NCBI GenBank assembly: GCA_027031765.1
Contig: JALVPN010000040.1
Span: 153,546-177,491, forward strand
Direction of reading: 5' to 3'
Source: Promethearchaeota archaeon
GTDB lineage: Archaea; Asgardarchaeota; Thorarchaeia; Thorarchaeales; Thorarchaeaceae
Length of the DNA: 23,946 nt
Made by a program: the position numbers and the translations under genes. Each line of letters begins with the position of its first letter. Position 1 is the first letter of the stretch. The notes beneath the pieces are model-generated. The model was not told where the DNA came from and did not search any database. It saw only the letters and a list, made by a program, of their open reading frames with translations. Below, piece by piece: positions 7,869 to 18,194 of this stretch.

Positions 7869-8681
7869 TTGAATACGTTCCTTGTCCGTGTCTTCTACCT
7901 CGGACACCGATACTACGGGTCACAGTGTCAACCCGGACTCCCCACAGTACAGGGAGAGCTGATTGCTGCGCTGACACGCGCCACAGGCGAACCACACTCC
8001 CCCGCTACAGTGCATCTCTCTGGAAGAACCGACCGTGGAGTCCACAGCTTTGGCCAAGTTGCTCTGATAAAGACCAACGGGGCCCTGAATATTGGTCGAG
8101 TCAACCATCACCTGCCGGATGACATAACCATCTGGGCTCATGCTCCGGTCTCGCCTGACTTCAATGTCCGCAATGATGTGCTGATGCGCCACTATCGCTA
8201 CTACCTCTCCCAGCCATCGGGTCTGGATATCTACACAATGCGTACTGCAGCTCGTATCCTCATTGGCACAAATGACTACACGCTACTTGCAAGACGCGAT
8301 GGTGACCGCGACAGGACTACAACCCTTCTGAACATCTCCATCACAACACACGGCGACAGCATCGTGTTGGACTTCTACGGCGTCAGCTTTCTCTGGCACC
8401 TCGTCCGAAAAATCGTCTCTCTCTTGACTGCCATCGGCCAACACGAATATCCGCCGGAGTTCACAATACAGCTCCTCTCCCATAAGAGAACAATCCGTGG
8501 CGGCATCCCCCCTGCTCCACCAGAATGCCTCGTCCTTGTCGAGACCATTGTGCCCTTTCACATGCAGAAGGACAAGTACGCACTCCGACGCATTAGGAAT
8601 ACACTTGTCCGGGAAGGGGGCGTCCATTTTCGGTCATTCAAGACGCTTTCATTCCTCACCCGCGACTTCTTTATCCACTGA
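7869..8681 (+). CDS. truA: tRNA pseudouridine(38-40) synthase TruA
   Basis: YLGHRYYGSQCQPGLPTVQGEL, catalytic SGRTDRGVH, RHYRY, SFLWHLVRKIV, APPECLVL; TTG start. Confidence 0.93.
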   Translation: MNTFLVRVFYLGHRYYGSQCQPGLPTVQGELIAALTRATGEPHSPATVHLSGRTDRGVHSFGQVALIKTNGALNIGRVNHHLPDDITIWAHAPVSPDFNVRNDVLMRHYRYYLSQPSGLDIYTMRTAARILIGTNDYTLLARRDGDRDRTTTLLNISITTHGDSIVLDFYGVSFLWHLVRKIVSLLTAIGQHEYPPEFTIQLLSHKRTIRGGIPPAPPECLVLVETIVPFHMQKDKYALRRIRNTLVREGGVHFRSFKTLSFLTRDFFIH

Positions 8682-8693
8682 CACCAAGGTCTT

Positions 8694-9884
8694 CTAGTCG
8701 AACCGTTCTGCAATCCTCCTCTCTACATCTGGATTCCTCTCCACTATCTTCTCCAGGCCTTCATATGCGACTCTGCCAACGCGCCCCTGTGAAACCCGCG
8801 TGTATTTGGCAAGTCTGGCAAACAGGCCGCTCCTCTTGTTTCTCGTCCTGCTCCCCCGCCATACGAGCAGCGGCCACGATGGTTCCCGGTATGTCTTGTT
8901 CCGATACGGTGTGGTCATCCGTCCACTCGCAACACCCGCACCGGCAAGGTCGTATACATAACTGAGGAGCGACCAGTTATTCGTCAACCATATCCGCCCT
9001 AGGCTCATGTCAGCAAGCGATAGTGCTTCCATTCCCCAGTCGAGCTCTTCTGCAGTCGAGAGGTGCAGGTGCATGTTCTCTTCCAACCACAGTACGAGCT
9101 GGTCGTGATCGATATCGGTTTCGGAAAGCACCCTTCTGGCACTGGCAAAGTCCACGCCCATGAACAGGGCCTTCAGACCATCCACAAGCCCTCTCTCCCG
9201 GTCGCGCATCCATGTCCTCATATCCGAGGTGTCCGTCCCGCTCCTCACAAGCACTTCCAAGTCCGAGATGGCCGCTCTCAAGTCCCCACCACTCCTTGCT
9301 GCAATGTATTTCGCAGTCCCATCGTCAATATCAACGCCCTCGGCTGCCGCAATACTCTTGACCACCGCGGCGACCTCCGCTCTCCCCAATGGCTCAAAGG
9401 TGAAAACACGGCAGACCTTCTTGAGATCCTTGATTCTCGGACTACGTGGGTCATTGGCTGTCATCACGATTGGATGCACCGCCACCTGCACCACCTTTAG
9501 AATTGCAGCAACGCCACCACGGTCTCTAGTCCCAGATAGGCCATCTACTTCATCAAGGAGTATTACTCTCATTGCCCCGTCCAGTGTCTGTTGTGTTGCT
9601 GCCCTCCATACATTGCGCTCAATCGTAGCCCTGTTGCGCTGGTCGCTGGCATTGAACTCCACAAGCTCTGCACCTATGGTGTTCGCAATTGCATATACTG
9701 CAGATGTCTTTCCCACTCCCGGAGGGCCCACAACCAGTGCAGCCCCCTCGTGGGAGGTTCCTGTCTGCCATGCACGAATCCACTCATATAGTGCCTGCAC
9801 CTGCTCTCTGTTTCCCACGAGCTCGCCGAGCGACTTTGGGCGAAATGCTTCAGTCCACGGTAACGTTTCACCATGTGGTATCAT
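8694..9884 (-). CDS. rfcL: Replication factor C large subunit
   Basis: LPWTEAFRPKSL, GPPGVGKTS, EFNASDQR, LLDEVDGL, GDLRAAISDL; coupled to rfcS by an ATGA overlap. Confidence 0.95.
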   Translation of the reverse strand: MIPHGETLPWTEAFRPKSLGELVGNREQVQALYEWIRAWQTGTSHEGAALVVGPPGVGKTSAVYAIANTIGAELVEFNASDQRNRATIERNVWRAATQQTLDGAMRVILLDEVDGLSGTRDRGGVAAILKVVQVAVHPIVMTANDPRSPRIKDLKKVCRVFTFEPLGRAEVAAVVKSIAAAEGVDIDDGTAKYIAARSGGDLRAAISDLEVLVRSGTDTSDMRTWMRDRERGLVDGLKALFMGVDFASARRVLSETDIDHDQLVLWLEENMHLHLSTAEELDWGMEALSLADMSLGRIWLTNNWSLLSYVYDLAGAGVASGRMTTPYRNKTYREPSWPLLVWRGSRTRNKRSGLFARLAKYTRVSQGRVGRVAYEGLEKIVERNPDVERRIAERFD

Positions 9885-10834
9885 CGCATCAACCCACCAA
9901 ACTGGCTCAGCAGGGTCGTGATCTGGAGCTCACCATTTGCCCCCTCTGTTATCCTAAACTCTGTTTCGGCTGTCATCTCAAGCATCTGCATTCTCAATCT
10001 TTCTGTGGTGTCGTACCGGAGGATTGCGCGGTGGAGCTGTCTTACAAGATCTGTGGCCGATATCCCCTCGCCGTAGAGGATTGAGTGTAGTAGCTCCAGC
10101 ACCCGTCCAAAAGACCCCCCTACTGCCATCTCCAGCATTTGTGTCACCTTGCGCGGATCCGCACGTCCTGCAACTGCATACACATCCTGTTCGGTCACAT
10201 CCCTCCCAACCGATGACACAGCTTGTAGCAGGTTGATAGATGCACGCATGTCCCCCTCTGCTATATATAGGATTGCTCCAATGGCCGCGTCGTCAATCTT
10301 GAGTCCTTCCTGTCCTGCTATGTAGCGGAGCCGACTTGCAATCTCGTCGTCGCTCAACCTCGTGAACTTGAACACTGCGCACCTGGACTGGATGGGTGGT
10401 ATGATTCGACTGGAGTAGTTACAGATTAGTATCATCCTGCATGAAGACGCAAATGCCTCCATTGTCCTCCTCAGTGCGTGTTGTGCATCTGCAGTGAGAT
10501 GGTCTGCCTCGTCCAGGACAAGGATCTTGAAGGGCGCCCCTCCGGCCGGGACCGCTCTTGCAAAGTTCTTGATCTGGTTGCGTACCACATCTATGCCACG
10601 CTCATCACTTGCATTGAGCTCCATGAAGTTCCTGTCGAACCACTCTCCGAACAGGTCTCTTGCAAGTGCCATTGCAGCCGTTGTCTTTGCAGTGCCGGGC
10701 GGCCCTGCAAAGAGGCAGTGCGGGACAGACTTTGTTTCCACGAACCTCACGAGCCGTCGTACTACGGCCTCCTGTCCGACTATTTCTCGTAGTGTCCTTG
10801 GACGGTGCTTTTCTGTCCACAAGTCAGTTTCCAT
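9881..10834 (-). CDS. rfcS: Replication factor C small subunit
   Basis: LWTEKHRPRTL, GPPGTAKTT, MELNASDERGIDVVR, LDEADHLT, ALRRTME, PIQSRC, GDMRASINLLQ. Confidence 0.97.
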   Translation of the reverse strand: METDLWTEKHRPRTLREIVGQEAVVRRLVRFVETKSVPHCLFAGPPGTAKTTAAMALARDLFGEWFDRNFMELNASDERGIDVVRNQIKNFARAVPAGGAPFKILVLDEADHLTADAQHALRRTMEAFASSCRMILICNYSSRIIPPIQSRCAVFKFTRLSDDEIASRLRYIAGQEGLKIDDAAIGAILYIAEGDMRASINLLQAVSSVGRDVTEQDVYAVAGRADPRKVTQMLEMAVGGSFGRVLELLHSILYGEGISATDLVRQLHRAILRYDTTERLRMQMLEMTAETEFRITEGANGELQITTLLSQFGGLMR

Positions 10835-10959
10835 GCGACCACATCCTCCCAGAGCGGGGTGCAGGACTTACATAACCCTTTCTGGCGAGGATTAAAAAGG
10901 GCTGCACGCGTCATCATCTATGATTCCGGTGTAGACCAGAACCATGCAAGGGGCGGACT

Positions 10960-11523
10960 GTGAAGTACATGATTGTTGAGGAAAATCCCCGGTCAATTAC
11001 ACGGAGGGCAGAGATACTCCAACTGGTCGAGAACTGCGACTGCACATTTCTCACCGATGTACCGGCCATCCGCCTCAGCAACACCTCGATTGGCCCCTTC
11101 AAATCGGGTCAGACTGTTTTGCTGCCAAACTGGATTGCTGAAGTCCTGCACGACCAAGGCTTGGTCAAGATTTCTGGTGGTGGTGTTGTTGAGTGGATGT
11201 CCAGACTGCAAGCGTTGGTCAGTGACGAAAAGAACAAGGGTGCCCTGCAGGCATGCCCACCCCTCCTATATGCAACATCTCATCGTGTAGTCCTTAGTAT
11301 GAAACGTGACCGCACATCCATTGACCCAAGACAACACGACGCAATCGAGAGGGTTCTAATGATGTTGCAGACCATTGGTCAGAGCCGCTTAGGAAAAGTA
11401 ATCCGTCTGGCAAAGTCTGGTGGGTGTGCTGAACACCGTACCCGGATGACTTTCGAGGAGCGGTGGCTCTGTGACATTGTTTCCGAGCTTGTTTCCGCCT
11501 GGTATGATGCCGTTGTCTGCTGA
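10960..11523 (+). CDS. gins23: GINS complex subunit Gins23 (Psf2/Psf3-type, B-domain before A-domain)
   Basis: N-terminal beta domain FLTDVPAI...IGPFKSGQTVLLPNWIAEVL, then a helical domain with RLGKVIRLA and MTFEERWL. Start may be ATG 10969. Confidence 0.75.
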   Translation: MKYMIVEENPRSITRRAEILQLVENCDCTFLTDVPAIRLSNTSIGPFKSGQTVLLPNWIAEVLHDQGLVKISGGGVVEWMSRLQALVSDEKNKGALQACPPLLYATSHRVVLSMKRDRTSIDPRQHDAIERVLMMLQTIGQSRLGKVIRLAKSGGCAEHRTRMTFEERWLCDIVSELVSAWYDAVVC

Positions 11524-11571
11524 CCCGATTATGACTGTCTATGTGGACTGGCTCCAAGTAGGTGATGCTTA

Positions 11572-12630
11572 TTGATTACGAGCGTCGTCTTCCATGAACG
11601 GTTCCTTGACCATGTCCTCAGTCCGGGTCATCCTGAATCGCCAGCCCGACTACAGGTGGTGTTGGAACAGTTAGAAACGTCTGGTCTGATGGACAACCCG
11701 TCCATCAGGCTGATCCAGCCATCCCCAGCCGAACAACAGTATGTAACTAGAGTGCATGCGGAGGAGTACATCGAACGGCTCCGATTGGCATCGAGTGCAG
11801 GGGGTGCTATGTTCACCCTCGATACCACGTCAAATCAGCATACATACGAGGCCGCGATGCTTGCAGCTGGCGGGGGCGTGATGGCTGTCGATGAGGTGCT
11901 GTCGCACAAGGGGGAGAATGCGTTCCTACTCTGTAGGCCCCCTGGTCATCATGCAGAGTATGCACATGCCTTGGGGTTTTGTTTCGTCAACAACATTGCG
12001 GTAGCAGCAAGCCATCTGACTCATGACTGTGGCCTCCAACGTGTGATGATTGTCGACTATGATGCCCACCACGGAAATGGCACACAGGCTGCCTTCTACT
12101 CGTCGAAGGAAGTCCTCTACTTGGGAATCCATCAGGACGGCAGGACACTGTTCCCGGGGACTGGTTTTGAGGACGAGATTGGCACGGAAGATGGGACTGG
12201 CTACAATGTCAATGTACCGCTGTATCCTGGTGCGGGAGACGTGTCATATGAGGTCGTTCTTGATGAAGTGGTCGGGCCAGTAGCAGATGCCTTCAGGCCC
12301 GAGTTCGTCCTCGTTTCAGCCGGGTTCGACTGCCACTTTGCTGACCCGCTCACAAACTTGGGGCTGTCATTGCAGGGGATTGCATTGATTAACCATCGTC
12401 TGGTGCAGATTGCAGATAGACATGCTCATGGCCGGATTGTCTTCTTCTTGGAGGGCGGCTACAACCTCGTTGTTGTGGCACGCGGTGCCCAGAACTTGGT
12501 CGAAGAACTCGCACGGATTGAGGTCACACCATTTGAGGATGAAGTCCACGAGTCCGGCGCCTCCATCGACCATACGAAGTCCCTTGTACAGCGGATTGTT
12601 GACCGCCTCTCCTCAACCCTCCTCTACTGA
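11572..12630 (+). CDS. Zn-dependent histone deacetylase family protein (HDAC/AcuC superfamily)
   Basis: HPESPARL, RPPGHHA, GFCFVNN, DYDAHHGNGTQ, SAGFD, LEGGY: all catalytic and Zn ligands present. GGTGA SD-like motif upstream of the TTG start. Confidence 0.95.
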   Translation: MITSVVFHERFLDHVLSPGHPESPARLQVVLEQLETSGLMDNPSIRLIQPSPAEQQYVTRVHAEEYIERLRLASSAGGAMFTLDTTSNQHTYEAAMLAAGGGVMAVDEVLSHKGENAFLLCRPPGHHAEYAHALGFCFVNNIAVAASHLTHDCGLQRVMIVDYDAHHGNGTQAAFYSSKEVLYLGIHQDGRTLFPGTGFEDEIGTEDGTGYNVNVPLYPGAGDVSYEVVLDEVVGPVADAFRPEFVLVSAGFDCHFADPLTNLGLSLQGIALINHRLVQIADRHAHGRIVFFLEGGYNLVVVARGAQNLVEELARIEVTPFEDEVHESGASIDHTKSLVQRIVDRLSSTLLY

Positions 12631-12642
12631 ACTGAGGGCATG

Positions 12643-14880
12643 CTAGATGTAGCGGTCAAGCAGTGTCTGTATTGTGATGTCTTCCGTGTCCCTGTCGTCA
12701 GTCTGGTCAGCTACGTCTTCTGCTCCTAGAGTCCCACTGCTGCCGCCCACTTGTTTCTTGATGGACACTGCAATCTTCGTACCAATCTGTGGGAGTCCAC
12801 CTAGCTCCTCAAGTGAGGCCTCGACCAAGTCGTTTGGCGTCCTGAACCCGTGGTTGTACAGTACTCGTGCTCGTACCCGTCCCACTCCCCGTAGGCGGAC
12901 AAGACTCAGGAGCTCTGGCGCTATGCCGTACGCGACGCGTTTCTGCAATGTCCGGAGAGCCTGTGCTGTGTCGCTCGCCCCAAGGAGTCCTGCAATCTCG
13001 CTCGCAGCGTGGAGCAGCCATTTTGTCGAGTCGACGTATCTTTGGAGGTCTCCCAGACCAACATTGTGGTGTTCTGTGATTGACCTCTCCGGCGTTTCTA
13101 GAACCCAGTCCTCAAGTATCCTTGCAGTCTTCAGTTGTGAGAGGAACTCCAGATACTCTTCTCTCGCATCAAACGGGTCGGGCGGGTCGACTAGGAAGTC
13201 ATCCCAGTGACGTTCCATGGTCAGTGCATAGTCCTCAGAGTCCCCTGCAAGCACTCTTGCTTTTGGCTGGTCAACCGACGCACAGACCATGTGCAAGACG
13301 CCCAGATTTGTCAGGGGGCCCGCCCTACGAAGTGCATCGCGGAACAGCAGCGTAGTGCGGGGGTCTATGTACAGCATAGATGTCAGTCTACCCAGCTCTG
13401 TGGCCAGCAGTGTACCATCATCACTACTGTCTATCAGCTCCGAGTCATGTAGGAAGTCTAGAGCCGCAGCAATATACCTGTCAAGTCCCTCAACACCCAT
13501 CTGGTACGCAAAAAATGTGTGGCCCATCAGATGTCTAAGCCCGTCTGTGTCGTGTGCCTGTCCTGTCACGATGGCCGATAGGACATGTGACTGAATGGCC
13601 GTGACCGAGGCGAGTTGGGACTCGATTTCCTCCGGCTCCGAGAATACATAGCGGTCTAGCAGAAAGTCTCTCTCTGCCTCGGTGCGTGCAAGTAGGAGTG
13701 CCTCCCCATATTCGTCGTACTTTGGTCTGCCAGCCCGTCCTGCCATCTGCTTGTATTCGAGAACCGGTATTGCGTAGTATCCTCTGTCCGCACTGTACCG
13801 CCTATAGTCCCTGATCACTACCCTCCGCGCTGGAAGGTTGACCCCTGCAGCAAGTGTGGGTGTAGCCACTATGACCTTCACCAGGTTTCTCCTGAAGCAA
13901 TCTTCAACCAGTGCTCTCTCCATACTTGCCAGTCCTGCATGATGGAAGGCGACGCCACCCTTCAACACTACTGACAGAGTCCGGGTCATCTCCGGTACCG
14001 ATGGCATCGCGACAAGACGTTCCGCAATACCCGCAAGGGTTTCCAAGGCCTCACGAGTCAGGCTTGCACTGATTATTCTCGTCAGCTTTCTTGCAACTGC
14101 CATAGTCGAGCGACGGCTCGAAACAAAGACCAGCACCTGTCCGTCGTCCTCGATAATCTCACATACCAGCCTTGCCAGCTCATCGCCACCTCGACAACGT
14201 GGCACCCTCCGCGTGCCAAGGTTCTCGAATGTTATTCTGTCACCATACAGGACGCCCTCTGTCAGTGGGACGGGACGCCAGTCACTTGTGACTAGGTCTG
14301 CCCCCAACCACTCAGCCACCTCCCCTGCATTGGGTATTGTAGCGCTGAGCCCCACGACCTGGATGTGCGGGCTATCACAGCGTAGTTTTGCCAGCACCAT
14401 TTCAAGTGTGGGTCCCCTAGTCCCGTCATTTATCAGATGAATCTCGTCGACAACAACTGTTGCCACCTCTTCCAACCAAGGCTCCTCGTGTCTGATTAGC
14501 GAGTCGGCCCGTTCCGTTGTAAGAACCACAATGTCGGCGGTGGCAAGGTCCTCCTCACGCGTGTCATAGTCCCCTACCGACATCGCAGTGGCTATCCCTA
14601 TCTCTCGGTACTTCTGGAACTCCTGGTATTTCTCATGTGCAAGCGACCTCAGGGGGACAAGATAGAGTGCTTTCCCCCTGCCTGTGACTATGGCCTGGAG
14701 CATGGCGATTTCGGCCACAAGGGTCTTACCGGCACTTGTGGGGACCGCCATGATTAGGCTCCTACCGTCGAGCACCCCCGTTTTGAGTGCCTCCTCCTGT
14801 GGGGGGAACAACTCTGATATCCCACTGTTGCGGAGCACCTGTATCACTCGTTCATTCAGGGAAATCTCATCCACTTTCAA
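12643..14880 (-). CDS. hel308: Hel308/Hjm Ski2-like SF2 DNA helicase
   Basis: PTSAGKT, VVDEIH, GLSAT, WRPVPL, VAFHHAGL, ATPTLAAGVNLPA, QMAGRAGRP, C-terminal HhH GVGRVRAR. Confidence 0.97.
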   Translation of the reverse strand: MKVDEISLNERVIQVLRNSGISELFPPQEEALKTGVLDGRSLIMAVPTSAGKTLVAEIAMLQAIVTGRGKALYLVPLRSLAHEKYQEFQKYREIGIATAMSVGDYDTREEDLATADIVVLTTERADSLIRHEEPWLEEVATVVVDEIHLINDGTRGPTLEMVLAKLRCDSPHIQVVGLSATIPNAGEVAEWLGADLVTSDWRPVPLTEGVLYGDRITFENLGTRRVPRCRGGDELARLVCEIIEDDGQVLVFVSSRRSTMAVARKLTRIISASLTREALETLAGIAERLVAMPSVPEMTRTLSVVLKGGVAFHHAGLASMERALVEDCFRRNLVKVIVATPTLAAGVNLPARRVVIRDYRRYSADRGYYAIPVLEYKQMAGRAGRPKYDEYGEALLLARTEAERDFLLDRYVFSEPEEIESQLASVTAIQSHVLSAIVTGQAHDTDGLRHLMGHTFFAYQMGVEGLDRYIAAALDFLHDSELIDSSDDGTLLATELGRLTSMLYIDPRTTLLFRDALRRAGPLTNLGVLHMVCASVDQPKARVLAGDSEDYALTMERHWDDFLVDPPDPFDAREEYLEFLSQLKTARILEDWVLETPERSITEHHNVGLGDLQRYVDSTKWLLHAASEIAGLLGASDTAQALRTLQKRVAYGIAPELLSLVRLRGVGRVRARVLYNHGFRTPNDLVEASLEELGGLPQIGTKIAVSIKKQVGGSSGTLGAEDVADQTDDRDTEDITIQTLLDRYI

Positions 14881-14920
14881 CCAGTCATGCCACCATTGCT
14901 GTCGTTTGAGGCTGCTACTC

Positions 14921-16993
14921 CTAGCTCTGTATACGCCGTATCTTTCCGTCCCGGGGCTCGAATAAAACCCCCTCTGTAATCAGCTTCCTTATAATCTCAG
15001 CCGCCCTCTCAGCTGACAGTCCCATAGATGTTGCGCGTTCAATCAGTGCCTGTTCGCTGACCGTATTAATCCCTTCTGCCTCAAAGTCGCGCATTGCCTT
15101 GAGGATTATGTCTGATGAACTCCTCTGCGCAGCGCTCATTGTGGAGACCAGCCTGTCAATGTCCAGTTTCCCAGTCGTGCGGTCGAATGCCACCATCTTC
15201 AGTGACTCTTCCATCAGCCGTATTGCCGCCCTTGCATCCTCTTTTGTCACCTTTGTCCTGAGGGCCATCCGTGCGCGTGCCTCGGCAAGTCTGACAAGAG
15301 ACTCCAGTTGTCTCGCAGTGATAGGCACGGGTGCGGCCCCTCCCTCTGCGCTCTTCCTCAAGTCCACATAGAAGTCCTCAATCTCCTCAGCCGCCTCGGG
15401 TGTCAACTGTGGAATAACATACCTGTTGGCGTACCCGATGTACTTTTTCAGGAAGTCTGGCGGTATTGGCGGTGTCGTCCCCTCCCGTTCGACACGCTTC
15501 CTCTGGTGCATGTCCAGTATGAACCTGGCAAGCTCCCGGTCACGACTTGCCTCTACTGTATCGACCATTATCCATATGAGGTCGAACCTTGATAGAATAG
15601 TGAACGGGAGCTTGATATTGTCCTGTATCGAGAGTGATGGCTCGTAGCGACCAAGCGTGGGGTTTGCAGCAGCCAAGATGGATGTGCGTGCGTTCAGCGT
15701 CGCTACGATTCCGGCCTTGGCAATACTGACTGTGTGCTGTTCCATGGCCTCGTGGATTGCAGTACGGTCGTTAGGATCCATCTTGTCAAACTCATCGATA
15801 CACGCTATCCCTTGGTCTGCAAGCACCAGTGCGCCAGCCTCCAATGTCATCATCCCGGTTTCCGAGTCGTGCACAACTGCGGCTGTGAGGCCCGCCGCTG
15901 TCGTTCCTTTTCCTGAGGTGTACAGTGCACGGCCTCCCAACCCCGCAACAAACTTGAGGATCTGGCTCTTCCCAGTACCGGGGTCTCCTATCATAAGTAT
16001 GTTCGACCTGCCCCTCAGCCGCGTCCCGTCGGGCAATGTCTTCGGCACACCGCCGAAGAGGAGCAGCGCAATAGACTCCTTGATGTGCTCGTGGCCGTGT
16101 ATGGAGGGTGCAATCGATGCGAATATTCGCTCGTGGATGTACGGGTCTTCAGCAAGCTCCCTAATCTGTTTCTCATCCTCCTCGGTTATCTCAAGCTGTT
16201 CGTACTCTTTCTCTGTAATCTCGACACCATTTGCCTCAATGTATACTCTGAACGTGGCAAGCCGGCCGCCTCGGCGTGAGAAGTCCGGGCTGGTCTGGAG
16301 TATTCCGGTCACCTTCACGAGGTCTCCGGGCCTTGAGATGTCGACAATGTCCCCCCTCAGAATGACATCTACTGAGCGTGGCATCTGCCCGGGTGGGAGC
16401 TCCTCAGGGGCCTCCTGAATTCTTACCTTCTGCCAGTCAACAAACCGTGACTTGTCCGGCAAAAGCCTCATTGCAGTCTTCTTTCCACATACTGGACAGA
16501 GCGGGGGCTCCGTATACCTCCCTTCTTCTTGTTCCTGTGGGATTTCCTGCCCGCAAATCCTGCACATGAACACGGCATGGACAAGGAGCGGCTTGACCTC
16601 GCTCGCCCTCATGAGTATCCCACTGATGTGGATTAGCTTTCCAATATGCCTGGCTCTGATGGCCCTCAGTGCGACATGTTCGGGGTAGTTGACAATCCTC
16701 ACCTGTAGGACGCCCTCATCGACCGCACTGACATAGTCGGGGTCCTCAACACGCAGTATTGAGGTCAGTGCCTGGTTCATCACTGACAGGAGGCCTTGAG
16801 GGTCGTCGTGTGCAAGGGCAAGGAAAACGTTGTCGAATGTCATCAGGTCTTCAAAGTCGACTGTCAGAGACGTTTCATCGTTGATTGACATCTGCTGTAT
16901 CTTTGACCAGTATACGAGGTTTCCATTGGCGTCCCTATATGTCCGGAGGAACTCCTCAAAGCGTTCCTGCGGGGTGTCCATCTCAATTGACAT
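14921..16993 (-). CDS. mcm: MCM replicative helicase, about 690 aa
   Basis: Zn finger CRIC...CPVC, GQMPRS, Walker A GDPGTGKSQ, CIDEFDKM, IHEAMEQ, SRFD, ITARQLESLVRL. Start set to ATG 16993; no intein seen. Confidence 0.98.
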   Translation of the reverse strand: MSIEMDTPQERFEEFLRTYRDANGNLVYWSKIQQMSINDETSLTVDFEDLMTFDNVFLALAHDDPQGLLSVMNQALTSILRVEDPDYVSAVDEGVLQVRIVNYPEHVALRAIRARHIGKLIHISGILMRASEVKPLLVHAVFMCRICGQEIPQEQEEGRYTEPPLCPVCGKKTAMRLLPDKSRFVDWQKVRIQEAPEELPPGQMPRSVDVILRGDIVDISRPGDLVKVTGILQTSPDFSRRGGRLATFRVYIEANGVEITEKEYEQLEITEEDEKQIRELAEDPYIHERIFASIAPSIHGHEHIKESIALLLFGGVPKTLPDGTRLRGRSNILMIGDPGTGKSQILKFVAGLGGRALYTSGKGTTAAGLTAAVVHDSETGMMTLEAGALVLADQGIACIDEFDKMDPNDRTAIHEAMEQHTVSIAKAGIVATLNARTSILAAANPTLGRYEPSLSIQDNIKLPFTILSRFDLIWIMVDTVEASRDRELARFILDMHQRKRVEREGTTPPIPPDFLKKYIGYANRYVIPQLTPEAAEEIEDFYVDLRKSAEGGAAPVPITARQLESLVRLAEARARMALRTKVTKEDARAAIRLMEESLKMVAFDRTTGKLDIDRLVSTMSAAQRSSSDIILKAMRDFEAEGINTVSEQALIERATSMGLSAERAAEIIRKLITEGVLFEPRDGKIRRIQS

Positions 16994-17102
16994 AGCATCA
17001 CGCCTCAACCGGCATGCCGCACTTCCACGCGCAGCCACCATTCAGTACAGCCCAAGTGGATATGAACACAGCTCTCGCTGCCTTTGAGCTTTGTTCTGTG
17101 CC

Positions 17103-18194
17103 TCAGTATTGACCGGTTGCAGGCAGCCTGCCGCCCCATCTCCCGGACAACCTAGTCCCAAACAGCCCCATGATCTTCTCTTCATCTGGTCGTTCGATGA
17201 CCCCGCGGTCGGTGAATATTGCGGTCACAAGATCCGGGGGTGTAATATCGAACCCGGGGTTGTAGACCTTGACCGTTGGCACAGTGACATACTCGCCATT
17301 AATCTTGCGGATTTCGTCCCCATCTCTCTCCTCAATCACGACCTCTTCAGGACTGGTCTTGAAATCGAATGTGGATGTAGGTGCGGCAACATAGAACGGT
17401 ATGTTGTGGTATCTGGCAGCAATTGCCATGGTATATGTCCCTATCTTGTTGATCACATGGCCTGTCTTCAGGATCCTGTCCGCTCCGACAACGCAGCAGT
17501 CCACTCGTCCCTCGCGGAACACGGTTCCAATCATTCCGTCGGTTATCAGGGTCGTATCGATGTTGTCCTCCATCAGTTCGAACACTGTTAGACGAGCTCC
17601 CTGTTGACGCGGGCGCGTTTCAGCCGCATACACTCTAATGGCGCCGTCATATGCCTCGTGTGCGAGCCGAATCACTGCACCGACAGTCCCCAGATGAACC
17701 GTCGCGAGCGACCCAGCATTGCATATCGTCTGAATGGTGTAACCCGGTTTCATGTATGGGAGCGCGAACTCTCCAATACGCCTACACATCTGGACATCCT
17801 CTTCAGCGATGGTCTTTGCCTCTTTGACCAACCGCTCAACAATCTCGTCCGGGTTGCCACTGCTTGCACGGGCAACACGCAGCATCCTGTCCAGTGCCCA
17901 GGTCAGGTTCACAGCGGTAGGACGAGTGTTGAGGGTTCTGGCCGCCCCCTCAAGGAACTGCAGGAGCTCTTCCTTGCTTTTGGCATGGCTCTCGATTGCG
18001 GCCAGTGCCATCCCCATGGCTGCAGCAGCCCCAATTGCAGGGGCCCCTCGCACCTCCATGTCCTTGATTGCCCGTGCTATCCGCTCATGTCTGCGCGTCA
18101 CAATGTGCTCCACTACAAGGGGCAGTTTTGTCTGGTCGACAAGCCGCACCGAGTTGTCATCCAACCACTCAATCGTCCTGAACACTGTCCGCAC
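17103..18194 (-). CDS. mtnA: Methylthioribose-1-phosphate isomerase (eIF2B-like family)
   Basis: VDQTKLP, VRGAPAIG, RPTAVNL, CNAGSLAT, ETRPRQQGARLT, VGADRI, NKIGTY, NPGFDITP match MtnA rather than ribose-1,5-bisphosphate isomerase. Confidence 0.9.
   Translation of the reverse strand: MRTVFRTIEWLDDNSVRLVDQTKLPLVVEHIVTRRHERIARAIKDMEVRGAPAIGAAAAMGMALAAIESHAKSKEELLQFLEGAARTLNTRPTAVNLTWALDRMLRVARASSGNPDEIVERLVKEAKTIAEEDVQMCRRIGEFALPYMKPGYTIQTICNAGSLATVHLGTVGAVIRLAHEAYDGAIRVYAAETRPRQQGARLTVFELMEDNIDTTLITDGMIGTVFREGRVDCCVVGADRILKTGHVINKIGTYTMAIAARYHNIPFYVAAPTSTFDFKTSPEEVVIEERDGDEIRKINGEYVTVPTVKVYNPGFDITPPDLVTAIFTDRGVIERPDEEKIMGLFGTRLSGRWGGRLPATGQY

Noticed and set aside
9160-9921. 253-aa plus-strand ORF
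   Set aside because: Antisense shadow of rfcL; Ser/Thr-rich with no motifs.
15657-16418. 253-aa plus-strand ORF
   Set aside because: Antisense shadow of the conserved MCM AAA+ core.
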